Shown here: positions 14,847-24,018 of the stretch, in pieces
Layout of the letters: every line of letters begins with the position of its first letter
Numbering within the stretch: position 1 is the stretch's first letter
IMG/VR virus record: IMGVR_UViG_3300047403_000068
Coordinates: 1-27,623 of that record
Reading direction: 5' to 3' (one strand)
DNA: 27,623 bases
Origin: a virus
Taxonomy: Duplodnaviria; Caudoviricetes
The notes under the pieces: generated by a model
Told to the model about the DNA's origin: nothing
The model's input: only the letters and a program-made list of their open reading frames with translations
Database searches by the model: none
Program-made: the position numbers and the translations under genes

Positions 14847-17014
14847 TAGAACACTCCCTTACTACCAATGCCACGGCGCTGATAGCTCTTTGGATCAGTC
14901 ACGTAGCGTGATTGAGATTGTCTCGCAAGTGAATCAAACAATGGAGACGTGCCAAATCTATTCCCACCAGGAGTATCTAGTGCAGAATACAATGCACTTG
15001 ATGGGGAGAACACAGGACCATTGTCTTTGATTGCTGTACGATACAAGTCACGAAACCTATTCGCGTCTGAACGATACAGATCAGCTACAGGTTTGAATGC
15101 ATTGTTGAAATCAATGGGCTTTGTGTCATACTTACCTGCCAGAACATCACTTGTCAAGGCATTTCTTGACGTGTTGACAGCGCCGAATAGCTGATTAGCA
15201 AGATCACTTCCCATTTGATTCAACTTGCCAAGACTATTGTGCTGTTGATTGTTCAACTCAGATACAGCAGCCTGATACGCAGGGCCATCAAGCATCCCAC
15301 GCTGTTGTGCTCGATTTAGATACTGGAACGCAGCATTTTGTTCACCACCAATAACGTCATTCAATACGTCATTGAAGTTGAACGTACTGCCTTCTGGCCC
15401 AAGAATATCACTGATTGTGTTCAAGTACGAATTACGTACTCCTTGAACATCTGTAACAGGAGGAGGCAACGGCGGTGTATGTGTTCCACCACCCGCAGCA
15501 GGAGTGCCAGTATTAGTATTGCCTGTGCCACTAGTCCCACCAACAACACTACTATTGCCACTGCCAGCATTATACCCAGTATCTCCATTCCATCCTCCAT
15601 CCGCATTGTACGTATTTCCGTTGCCAGGAAAACCACCAGGAAAACCACCAGGAACATCAGCGTATATAGTTCCGTCTGGATTGCCGATTGTAGAACTAAT
15701 GGCATCATCCAACGGTGTACGACTAGCAGATGTATTATCCCGCGCTTCTGCTCTAGCAGCTTCTTGTGGTGTGTTTGGATAGCTCACTTGTCCGTATGTA
15801 GGTTGATCCCCAGGGAACGTAAATCCATTTGTCGGAGCGGGTCCGGTGTATCCAAGTCCACGCTCTGCAAATGGATCAGTTAACCCAAACAACACAGACT
15901 TGGAATCTCCACTGCTATTGAACAGGTTTTCCACCATCTTTGGAACAAGACCATCAGTGAGATCGCGTCCAAGAATGATGTTGTCGATTGCTTTTGCAAC
16001 TTGACCAGCGCCAGGGAAGTTAAACGGCGTCATACCAAGGAATGAAGAAAACGCTTGCAGCGGTCCATTAGCAGTAATGAAATTCCCAGGGAACGAACTC
16101 GCTAAGATGTTCCCTACAATTGCTTGAAATGCAGGACCGAATGCAAACTGATCTGCTTCGGGAATTAATGGTACGTGTGGTACTTGTTCAACACGCCCAA
16201 TACCACCGAACTCACCATTCCTACCTGCAATCGCAAAGCCGTCAAGTAGATAAGGATTCTTTGCATCGTCTGCCGTTAATGTTTTTCCAGTGTCTTTCCA
16301 ATTGCCTGCATTGTCTACTACCCAAACATGGCCATCAGGATCAATGCGTACACCATCTGGTACAGCACCAAACGCAGCAGCAACATTTCCTTTATCTACA
16401 TCAGGAGCAACAACGGGCTTGCCATTCCCACCAGACTCTATCGGTAGAAATTCATCTTCTGAGATCGTATCATCTTCTGGCGGTGTATCTTCTGTTGCAG
16501 GTGGAGGAATATCATCTAGAAACGGACCATATGCTTCTTCGGGACCAAATACTTCATCAGGTCCGTACACTTCGTTGCTATCAGGATTTGCGACAGGACC
16601 GTATGATTCTTCCGGTCCATACACTTCTTCTGGTCCATATACCTCATTGCTGCCGATATTCTCAGATGGCCCATACACTTCACCGCCACTAGCATCAGCA
16701 ACAGAGCTATCTGCAGTACTAGAATCACTGCCAGGATCGCTGCTAGCACTGCTACTATCCCCAGTTCCATCATTGCTAGTATCATCAGCGTACATTGGAA
16801 CGCCAGTAATGGGATTAACCGCGTCGTTATTCCCACCAATCTGATACTTAGCAAACTCTGGTCCAAGCGCCTCCATTAACGCTTCCATCAAGCGCGGATT
16901 CTGCTTGCTACGAGGAACAACAATCTCTCCAGGCGTCAAATGCCCAATCATAGTATCACCGTCGATACCATCACGAGCAATCTTCTGGATCAGTGCACTA
17001 CGATTAATGGGCAT
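14846..17014 (-). CDS. putative internal virion protein (722 aa) with conserved N-terminal module and acidic EVYGP repeats
   Basis: GDTMIGHLTPGEIVVP...NPITGVPMY N-terminus, low-complexity centre, helical C-terminus; SD AGGAG. Confidence 0.65.
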   Translation of the reverse strand: MPINRSALIQKIARDGIDGDTMIGHLTPGEIVVPRSKQNPRLMEALMEALGPEFAKYQIGGNNDAVNPITGVPMYADDTSNDGTGDSSSASSDPGSDSSTADSSVADASGGEVYGPSENIGSNEVYGPEEVYGPEESYGPVANPDSNEVYGPDEVFGPEEAYGPFLDDIPPPATEDTPPEDDTISEDEFLPIESGGNGKPVVAPDVDKGNVAAAFGAVPDGVRIDPDGHVWVVDNAGNWKDTGKTLTADDAKNPYLLDGFAIAGRNGEFGGIGRVEQVPHVPLIPEADQFAFGPAFQAIVGNILASSFPGNFITANGPLQAFSSFLGMTPFNFPGAGQVAKAIDNIILGRDLTDGLVPKMVENLFNSSGDSKSVLFGLTDPFAERGLGYTGPAPTNGFTFPGDQPTYGQVSYPNTPQEAARAEARDNTSASRTPLDDAISSTIGNPDGTIYADVPGGFPGGFPGNGNTYNADGGWNGDTGYNAGSGNSSVVGGTSGTGNTNTGTPAAGGGTHTPPLPPPVTDVQGVRNSYLNTISDILGPEGSTFNFNDVLNDVIGGEQNAAFQYLNRAQQRGMLDGPAYQAAVSELNNQQHNSLGKLNQMGSDLANQLFGAVNTSRNALTSDVLAGKYDTKPIDFNNAFKPVADLYRSDANRFRDLYRTAIKDNGPVFSPSSALYSALDTPGGNRFGTSPLFDSLARQSQSRYVTDPKSYQRRGIGSKGVF
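15624..15654. repeat. 12-bp tandem repeat CCAGGAAAACCA x2.6 (PGGFPGGFPG)
   Basis: Copies at 15624-15635, 15636-15647 and a partial copy at 15648-15654. Confidence 0.7.
16523..16681 (-). repeat. seven E[VSA][YF]GP coding repeats
   Basis: Residues 112-164 of the 722-aa ORF; spacing of 6 or 12 aa. Confidence 0.85.
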
Positions 17015-17016
17015 GT

Positions 17017-17313
17017 TTATCTCCTGTTGTCCTGTAAGGACTGTCGATCGCGTATGATCGTTTTCACGTCAGCAGCCACAGCAGACATTTGCACACGAAG
17101 ATCATTGAGAGTGTCTGATATTGTTCTGTTTTTGCCTTCAATCTCTCGCATTGCTGCTTCATGGCGAACGTCTGTATCATGTAACGTCTGTATGTCTTTT
17201 TGTAGTGCACCCCACTGAGTGATTACGCTTGTTAATGCAACAGCAAGAGTTAATGCAATTGCAAGCCATTGAACAAGTCCTGTCGTAACCACTGGGTTCT
17301 GTCGTCTTTTCAT
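17017..17313 (-). CDS. membrane-anchored coiled-coil protein (98 aa; XhlA-like or i-spanin-like topology)
   Basis: Basic N-terminus, TM LVQWLAIALTLAVALTSVI, heptad-rich tail; ATG 17313 overlaps the upstream TGA (ATGA). Confidence 0.65.
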   Translation of the reverse strand: MKRRQNPVVTTGLVQWLAIALTLAVALTSVITQWGALQKDIQTLHDTDVRHEAAMREIEGKNRTISDTLNDLRVQMSAVAADVKTIIRDRQSLQDNRR

Positions 17314-17579
17314 AAAGTTCCCCGCCGTGTTGTGCCAATTCCTGACGCAATTCCACTTCGTATAATACAAGACTCTCCGTTGTATGTGGCTAATAGTGTC
17401 CATGAACCTGTACTAATATTAACCCACATTTCTACTAGAGTACCATCTTGCACAATACCCCACGTTTCTAAAGACTCCTGATGCTGCGACAACAAACGAT
17501 AGACCATTTCTGGCCGCTTCATACACACTAACGGGTGTTGCAGCTGTATGAACGTTAGAAGCGCAACAGTAGATAACAC
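17310..17579 (-). CDS. small exported-type hypothetical protein with Cys pair
   Basis: C..R.....L....E....G......VEMW....TGSWTLL....GESCII.SG pattern, recalled from alphaproteobacterial and phage hypothetical proteins; hydrophobic N-terminus. Confidence 0.65.
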   Translation of the reverse strand: MLSTVALLTFIQLQHPLVCMKRPEMVYRLLSQHQESLETWGIVQDGTLVEMWVNISTGSWTLLATYNGESCIIRSGIASGIGTTRRGTL

Positions 17580-17584
17580 GCGCG

Positions 17585-18004
17585 TTACTCATTTTGTAGA
17601 AGGATCAGTAACTCATCTGCTCTCTGCTTTCCAAGTACACCTTCCAAAACAGTCCATGCGCTTTGAAACGTAGGAGAAGCAAACGGAATCATCTTCTCTC
17701 CACGAGAGCGCAACAATTCAAGCCACAAACCTGTTGACGGTGATTTGGTAGCAACATCCTGTATTAGTGCATAGTCACCAACAGAGAAAAGACTAACAAG
17801 ATCACGCGCTTTGAATCCCTTGCGTGGTTGTGGTTGTATTGGAGGTGGCGTTATGTAAGCAGCACCATCCCAAAAGTCTCCAGGCTGTGCTGTATCACTC
17901 ACAGCGCCAATATACAATCCACTCGACGGCTGCCAATCACTCCCTGGACGCATCTCTGTGACAGTGACAACAACATTGTTAACATCTAGCAATGGTACAC
18001 GCAT
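17585..18004 (-). CDS. putative tail fibre assembly / chaperone protein
   Basis: Follows the fibre gene; AQPGDFWDGAAYITPPP motif typical of such proteins; SD GGGGAG before ATG 18004. Confidence 0.6.
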   Translation of the reverse strand: MRVPLLDVNNVVVTVTEMRPGSDWQPSSGLYIGAVSDTAQPGDFWDGAAYITPPPIQPQPRKGFKARDLVSLFSVGDYALIQDVATKSPSTGLWLELLRSRGEKMIPFASPTFQSAWTVLEGVLGKQRADELLILLQNE

Positions 18005-18006
18005 CG

Positions 18007-20211
18007 TTATGCTCCCCACACATTAACTTGTCCAAGGCCACCTGTACCACCAGCACCGCCAGTAGTTGTACCAGCACCACCACCCCCGCCACCACCACCA
18101 GGAGCACCACCATTACCGCCAGCACCACCTGTTCCCGCAGTATTACCGCCACCGCCACCGCCACCAGCGCCAGCTAATCCATTAGTTCCCGCTGCACCTG
18201 TTGTACCTGGATTAGTACTTGCACCACCACTACCAGCAGCGCCACCCCCACCCGCTGCATATGATCCAGATGCACCGCCAACACCACCATTCTTGGCGGC
18301 GTTGCCACTCGTTACACCACCCCCACTCCCACCACCACCGGCACTCCATTGCGAACTTCCACCATCGAAGATATTATTACCACTCGCACCAGATGATCCA
18401 CCGCCACCGCCGCCAAGCTCTCCATTGCCACCAGTTGTGCCACTACCCCCAACAGCAATGTACGGACCAAGTGCCGACGAAGCATCAGGCGTTGTTAGCG
18501 CGACAGGCTGTGTGGCTGTTCCGCCTCCATTGCCACCATTAATTGATGCCGTACCATTATCGCCAAGAACTCCCTTCTTTCCACCAGCAGCACTTATATA
18601 GCTGCCAAAACTCGATGCGTTTCCATCACCACCATTTGAGCCATTCCCACTTGAACCACCAGCACCACTTGTTCCTATGGCACCTACTGTAATACTAATG
18701 TTTGTTCCAGCAGCAGGAGCAACCCAAGGACCACCACGTTTGCGCTCTCCTGCACCCCCACCAGACCCACCATTACGAATTGAAGCAGCAGCACCACCAC
18801 GTCCACCACCACCCCCACCACCGGAACCAAAACACTCAGCGAACAACGTGCCATATCCGGGCGGCACAACGAACGTATCATTCGCTGTAAATGATACATA
18901 GAACGGACATAGCACAATAGAAAAGAAGTTTAATCCATTACAGACAATCAACCTTGCTTCATTCGGATACATCTTAAACGAAGTAAGTCCGTCGATTGTC
19001 TCCGCAGCATTTGGGTCAAGTGTGACTACACCTGTTCCAGCATTCTTGACAATGCACGACCATTTATCTCCAAGTGTAGCAGCAGCAGTAAAGGTAGGAG
19101 TACCACTAGTGCCGCCAGTATATTCAACCCAATTGCCTTTATCAGACAATGCAAGAGTATCACTTCCCGGAGTAGCAGACGTTCTACGTGTTACATTTCG
19201 TAAACGGTGCAACAAAATTTTCTTGTTAGCTGTTGCACTAATATCATATGTCGGCACAAAGTCCGCAGAGATATCCGGTGCTGTATCTTCCGTTAACGAA
19301 CTGATATCAAAATTTGGAGGCACTTGCCACGTTGCATCTTCCCGTAGAAACTTCGTAGTTCCTGCAACAGCGCCAGGATCAGGAACAGTGCCAGATGCGT
19401 GTGATGCGCCTGATGCAGCAAATACAGGAACATCCGCAGCAACAAGAGGACGAAATGTAGGATAATCATTCCCACCACTCGGAGGACCAGCAAAGATGTA
19501 ATTTGCTGTTTGCTGATTCCATGCAACAGTCAATGTGCCAGACGTAGTAACAGGAGAATTAGTCACCGCAAATTGTGTCGGCATTGACAAGCCGACAAAT
19601 GATACAGGACCAGCAGGACCAGTAGCTCCCGTTGGTCCAGCAATCACTGAGCCACCAATTACAATAGTCCAGTCAGCAAACGTACCACTGCCAAGTGTGT
19701 TAGTAACATCTACAGTTAATACACCAGCACTACGATCATATGCAGTGACCTGTCCAATCATAAAGGTATTCAAGTCAGACGTGCGATACACGTTGACGTA
19801 CATACCAATCGCCCATCCCCAATTCGCTTGTGTTGTCAGTACTTTTGAACCTGTACCAACAGTCAAGCTCGTCGTACTCGTCCCGACAAACAAATTCCCA
19901 GGATTAGTTGTAGAAGTCCAGTACGATGGATGTGCTGCACGATCTTCTGCGAATGTAGTAGGAGAAGCTGCACTTACATGATCAACTGCACACGTGTACA
20001 GCCTTCCTTCTGTTGCATCTACTAATCCTTGGCCGCTTGTGTACGCTGTTGAGTTTTTCCACACACCAATAAGATTATTTGCTCCGATGAACTCATACAA
20101 CAGAGCGTCTAGCATACGCCAGTTGTCGTTCATATTATCTTGCCAATACCGTTTGTCAATCGTCGGCAAACGGAATTGATAATGTGTGGAGTAGTCAACA
20201 GTGCCGGTCAT
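18007..20211 (-). CDS. tail fibre protein with glycine-rich C-terminal domain
   Basis: W.NSTAY..G..V....LYTC..DH.S module, TSTTSLTVGTGSK, collagen-like GPTGATGPAGP, about 270-aa Gly-rich C-terminus; SD AGGAG. Confidence 0.8.
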   Translation of the reverse strand: MTGTVDYSTHYQFRLPTIDKRYWQDNMNDNWRMLDALLYEFIGANNLIGVWKNSTAYTSGQGLVDATEGRLYTCAVDHVSAASPTTFAEDRAAHPSYWTSTTNPGNLFVGTSTTSLTVGTGSKVLTTQANWGWAIGMYVNVYRTSDLNTFMIGQVTAYDRSAGVLTVDVTNTLGSGTFADWTIVIGGSVIAGPTGATGPAGPVSFVGLSMPTQFAVTNSPVTTSGTLTVAWNQQTANYIFAGPPSGGNDYPTFRPLVAADVPVFAASGASHASGTVPDPGAVAGTTKFLREDATWQVPPNFDISSLTEDTAPDISADFVPTYDISATANKKILLHRLRNVTRRTSATPGSDTLALSDKGNWVEYTGGTSGTPTFTAAATLGDKWSCIVKNAGTGVVTLDPNAAETIDGLTSFKMYPNEARLIVCNGLNFFSIVLCPFYVSFTANDTFVVPPGYGTLFAECFGSGGGGGGGRGGAAASIRNGGSGGGAGERKRGGPWVAPAAGTNISITVGAIGTSGAGGSSGNGSNGGDGNASSFGSYISAAGGKKGVLGDNGTASINGGNGGGTATQPVALTTPDASSALGPYIAVGGSGTTGGNGELGGGGGGSSGASGNNIFDGGSSQWSAGGGGSGGGVTSGNAAKNGGVGGASGSYAAGGGGAAGSGGASTNPGTTGAAGTNGLAGAGGGGGGGNTAGTGGAGGNGGAPGGGGGGGGAGTTTGGAGGTGGLGQVNVWGA

Positions 20212-20234
20212 GTTACGGCTCCTATCTCTATCGC

Positions 20235-20630
20235 TTACGAAGCATCCAGTTCTGCGCCACTAACTTGCATAAACATTGAAGCAAAGTCAGCAGTTCCAAT
20301 GGTGTACGTAACTGTATCACCGGCTTTCAAGAAATATTCCTTCGGGCCAGGAGCAACAGTCGTAGTATCTGATCCACCAGTGTCCGCAGTCGGCAAACCA
20401 GTGCCCATCATGCGTGTACTATCAGTACGGACACGATTGCCCGCAGTAAGCGCCCCTGAATTAAGCACTTCCATACTAGCAACGTTAACCTTGAGTGTCG
20501 AGTTTACACCAGCAACACCAGTGTACATGATCTTTACACGTGCTGTCTTTCCTGTAGGACAGGTATAGACAGTCGTTGTTCCAATCGTGAATACTGCGGC
20601 CGTTGCAAGTGCGCCAAGAATGTCAGCCAT
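20235..20630 (-). CDS. small beta-rich virion / tail protein (131 aa)
   Basis: TTVYTCPTGKTARV...YFLKAGDTV...VSGAELD pattern; SD AAGGAG. Confidence 0.65.
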   Translation of the reverse strand: MADILGALATAAVFTIGTTTVYTCPTGKTARVKIMYTGVAGVNSTLKVNVASMEVLNSGALTAGNRVRTDSTRMMGTGLPTADTGGSDTTTVAPGPKEYFLKAGDTVTYTIGTADFASMFMQVSGAELDAS

Positions 20631-20644
20631 GTCGATTTGCTCCT

Positions 20645-20821
20645 TTACTTGTTCAAGAGTGAAGTTGCAAGATCAAATGCAGCTTGATACGGCATTCTCG
20701 TCTTGCGAATCAAAGACGTGATCTCAGACTTGATCGTAGCAAAGTTTGCACGAAACTCTGCTTTGTCTGCTGCTACGCCATCAGCAGGAATAGATGCATC
20801 TACTTGTGAAGTAGTAGCCAT
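20645..20821 (-). CDS. 58-aa protein resembling a tail-fibre N-terminal anchor (absent from ORF track)
   Basis: MATTSQVDASIPADGVAADKAEFRANFATIKSEITSLIRKTRMPYQAAFDLATSLLNK; SD GGAAGGT; fills the gap between its neighbours. Confidence 0.75.
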   Translation of the reverse strand: MATTSQVDASIPADGVAADKAEFRANFATIKSEITSLIRKTRMPYQAAFDLATSLLNK

Positions 20822-20823
20822 GT

Positions 20824-22650
20824 TTACCTTCCAATTGTTCCCATTTGATACGCAAGTGACAGTCCGTTGAACGTAAGTGACGAGTTACTGATGCCACTAA
20901 GACGAAACTTCATTAACGTAAACGCAGCAGCCCAATCCATCATGCGTTCATCTTTCGTGTTTCTTCCCCCACCAAACGGAGCAGAACCATACGGTGCGAT
21001 GCCGTATCCACCTGTATCAGCCCCAACAAATGTAGCAGATAGAGCAGGGGCAAGCAGAGGATTCAGCCTTGCAAACCCAAGTCCATCCGTAAACAATGTA
21101 TCATCGATGAATGGCTCTCCTGGATCAGTATCATCCAGATATACTTCATCGACAAACATTTCTGCTAAGAACTCACCACTTCCAGTAGTATCAATTTTCA
21201 ACACACGAGAAGTCTTGATACGCATTCTACGTTTCAAAGCACTCCAAGGAAGTTCCCATACAAATGGAATAGGAATGCCAACAGTCCCTGGTGTCCACCC
21301 TTGATAATCCGTGAACAATGTACCATCAGAGAATGCTTCTTGTTCTCCAATGAAATCATACAATGCCTTGCCACCAGATACATCTGTTCCATAGATGTAA
21401 ACTTTTGCGGCTGATGAAAAGAAGATCGTATCTCCAAGAGAACGAACAGCCGTCCGCCAATTCCAGCGACGCACTTTGTTCCATGCAGAAATCTTCAACT
21501 CAGGAATGAACGTGTATGCGTATGCTATTGTCTCAGATACTTCATCTTCTTGTGAAGCATTGGGAATGAACAACATATACTGATAGTTCCGTTTGTCAAA
21601 TATAGCAAACGGCGTTGTTTTGTCATCTGCAAACAATGGTAGCCTGTTCAAATCCGTCTGTAAATCAGAATCGACAAGCTGCGAAATACGTAATGGCTCA
21701 ATCTTTCCAGTGACGATTGCACGTCGAAGTGATTGAGCACCACTTACATCGCAGAAGAATAGATCATCCCCAAGAGTTTGTATTGTCCGATGTGATATTG
21801 TACCGATCAATGGAATAGGATCAGAGAAACTAGGAACATGGTTTCCTAGTGAATCATACGTGCCAAGCTGTCCGATCAATATATTCTTTGGGAAGAATAC
21901 AACAAGGAACTCACGATACGATCCAAGACCGACAATCGTAGCGTCTCCGTCAATGTACGCATCAAGATCAATATTCACTCCATCATTCGGTGGAGGATCA
22001 CCAAAGAACGTACCAACAGTGCCTTTGCTACCAATGTACAGCCTACTTGGCTTTGACGGATTCCCAGCGAGAATTAAATACTGATTGTGTGTATGACAAT
22101 ACTTTGCGATTGGTACATTCGTGTTCAACAACGTACCAAGATCGACAAGGTAATTCGTGGACAGACTCGGAGCAACTACTAATGGCTTATCTACGCCATT
22201 ACAAATGACAAGCTGTGACTTCATTTGCGTGAATGATGCAAACAATAAGTCACTAGACCATGGAACTGCAGCAAGAGAAGCAGCAATGGCAGAGGACCAC
22301 ATAAGTCTGGTTTCCCCTGTGCCATCAACTGATACAATCATGCCAGTTTTGTCTGCATATACCAAGTGCGTACCAAAGTAAATTCCTTCGATAAACTCAG
22401 TACATCCAAGACTTGCGGCATCTGCAAACAATGTCGTTCCGCCACGAACAGCAAGGCCACCGTTACGTTCTTGTACTAGATTATCTAGCTTCTTTGCAAA
22501 GCGGCTGTTGATCGTCAAATCTTGGCTGACAAGATCAAGCCCACCGCTAAAGTCATTTGCAGTGGAATCCTCTAACACAGGTCCGCTATTGATCAATCGA
22601 TTCGGACGAATGCGATTGTCAACTTCTGGTGTGTGAAAACCTTTTAGCAC
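20824..22650 (-). CDS. tail nozzle / tubular protein B (DNA stabilisation protein, P22 gp10 / T7 gp12-like)
   Basis: 608 aa, N-terminal DFSGGL...LDNL..RNGGLAVRGG, beta-propeller-like repeats (VICNGVDKP), follows the adaptor gene. Confidence 0.75.
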   Translation of the reverse strand: MLKGFHTPEVDNRIRPNRLINSGPVLEDSTANDFSGGLDLVSQDLTINSRFAKKLDNLVQERNGGLAVRGGTTLFADAASLGCTEFIEGIYFGTHLVYADKTGMIVSVDGTGETRLMWSSAIAASLAAVPWSSDLLFASFTQMKSQLVICNGVDKPLVVAPSLSTNYLVDLGTLLNTNVPIAKYCHTHNQYLILAGNPSKPSRLYIGSKGTVGTFFGDPPPNDGVNIDLDAYIDGDATIVGLGSYREFLVVFFPKNILIGQLGTYDSLGNHVPSFSDPIPLIGTISHRTIQTLGDDLFFCDVSGAQSLRRAIVTGKIEPLRISQLVDSDLQTDLNRLPLFADDKTTPFAIFDKRNYQYMLFIPNASQEDEVSETIAYAYTFIPELKISAWNKVRRWNWRTAVRSLGDTIFFSSAAKVYIYGTDVSGGKALYDFIGEQEAFSDGTLFTDYQGWTPGTVGIPIPFVWELPWSALKRRMRIKTSRVLKIDTTGSGEFLAEMFVDEVYLDDTDPGEPFIDDTLFTDGLGFARLNPLLAPALSATFVGADTGGYGIAPYGSAPFGGGRNTKDERMMDWAAAFTLMKFRLSGISNSSLTFNGLSLAYQMGTIGR

Positions 22651-23310
22651 TTAGTACAACTCCATCCAACGATCATTAACCGTTGCAATGCGAGGATCAA
22701 GTACAACAGGCACACTGTTATAGTTCACCTTAACCCGCTGGAAGTTTCTCTCAAACGTCGCAAGCAATCTCGCGCCAGATGAAGGATTTGCGCCATAATC
22801 AGATACCATACAATACGCTACTTTGTTTGCGATTGTATCTCTGTCAAATGGCACTTCTGCGGAAGGTACGCTCAAATCAGGCATGATACGCGCATGTACG
22901 TACACTGTACCTGTCTGAGTTAATGGCCAAATTCTCAGTCGCTTGTCTGCATCACTTAGATACTCGACCATTGGACGGCCAAAGTTCGAGAACGTAAATG
23001 GATTGATGTTGTTTGGAACATACGGCAGTGGACGTTGATCTGTATCAAGATACACAGCACGAATGTCCTCATGCTGATCAATATCAGCAAATGCTGTGGA
23101 TGAGGTAATCAAACCATCCGTACCAGTAAGTGTCCCTGACAACCACTGCATTAATTGTGGCCACCAGAATCCAGGCTCACGTGCTAGTTCCCGAAACGAT
23201 ATCTTTATTGCATTGTGAATAGCATCTTCTGCATAGATATGAGTACCAACACCAGGAGCAAGTCTGACTAACGATTCTACATCCGTGATGATTTCTTCAA
23301 TCGTAGCCAT
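22651..23310 (-). CDS. putative head-tail adaptor / tail tubular protein A
   Basis: 219 aa, MATIEEIITDV helical start, directly before the nozzle gene; SD AGGAG. Confidence 0.65.
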   Translation of the reverse strand: MATIEEIITDVESLVRLAPGVGTHIYAEDAIHNAIKISFRELAREPGFWWPQLMQWLSGTLTGTDGLITSSTAFADIDQHEDIRAVYLDTDQRPLPYVPNNINPFTFSNFGRPMVEYLSDADKRLRIWPLTQTGTVYVHARIMPDLSVPSAEVPFDRDTIANKVAYCMVSDYGANPSSGARLLATFERNFQRVKVNYNSVPVVLDPRIATVNDRWMELY

Positions 23311-23346
23311 ACTTGTCTCCTGGTGCTAGATACAAACTACACGTTG

Positions 23347-24012
23347 TTACGCGTAGAATGCAGCATTGCCGTGCAGGTTTGTTTCATCCAATAGCACCAA
23401 AGCAGAGAATGTCTTGGAGCTATCAAATGCAGCATTGCCTGCATAAATGCCACGAGCATCACCATTGGTACCAGTCTGAGCAGCAGTGACACCAACGGTC
23501 AAAGTACCTGCCGTGGCTGTCACGCCATTTTCAAGCCCAGCAACCAACGCGGTCGCCTTATACGGCAAACCACACTGAGCACCAGTCGCAAGAGAGATCG
23601 TGACAGTATCAGCCGATGAGCCCATTTCGATAGTATCAACATATCGAAATGCCTTGGTGATATTTACCGGAGTAGTGCCGTTCATCGTGCCAGAGAACGA
23701 CATACGTTCACCAAGGAAATTGCGGCCACGCACGTTGAAGGTACGAGTACAGGCAGCACTCGCAACAATAGTCAGCGTACGTCCCCACTTCGCAGTCGTA
23801 CTACCAATAGGGTTAATGCCCGTCGGGGCAAGCGAAGCGGTAGAGCCAGAAGTCAACGCAGATGACGTGTAGATAGTAGCACCAAGCGGCGGTGCACCAA
23901 AGTCAACACGATACGGAGTGCCAGGATTGGCAATTATCTGTCCCTCTGCTCCCATTGAAGGGACACGAACAGAGACACGCTCAGGATAGAAGTCAGCATA
24001 ACGTTGCGTCAT
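23347..24012 (-). CDS. putative capsid decoration / minor structural protein
   Basis: Thr/Gly/Ala-rich beta protein two genes after MCP; T.TNGDARGIY motif; GGAG SD favours ATG 24012. Confidence 0.6.
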   Translation of the reverse strand: MTQRYADFYPERVSVRVPSMGAEGQIIANPGTPYRVDFGAPPLGATIYTSSALTSGSTASLAPTGINPIGSTTAKWGRTLTIVASAACTRTFNVRGRNFLGERMSFSGTMNGTTPVNITKAFRYVDTIEMGSSADTVTISLATGAQCGLPYKATALVAGLENGVTATAGTLTVGVTAAQTGTNGDARGIYAGNAAFDSSKTFSALVLLDETNLHGNAAFYA

Positions 24013-24018
24013 TGGCAA

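Noticed and set aside
18219-18890. His/Pro-rich + strand ORFs and CCA/CCG periodicity
   Set aside because: Reverse-complement artefact of the Gly-rich fibre domain; not a separate gene or a CRISPR-like array
20631-20680. -1 frameshift fusing the 58-aa and 131-aa genes
   Set aside because: The -1 frame is open for only 14 codons, contains no slippery heptamer, and the downstream gene has its own AAGGAG SD
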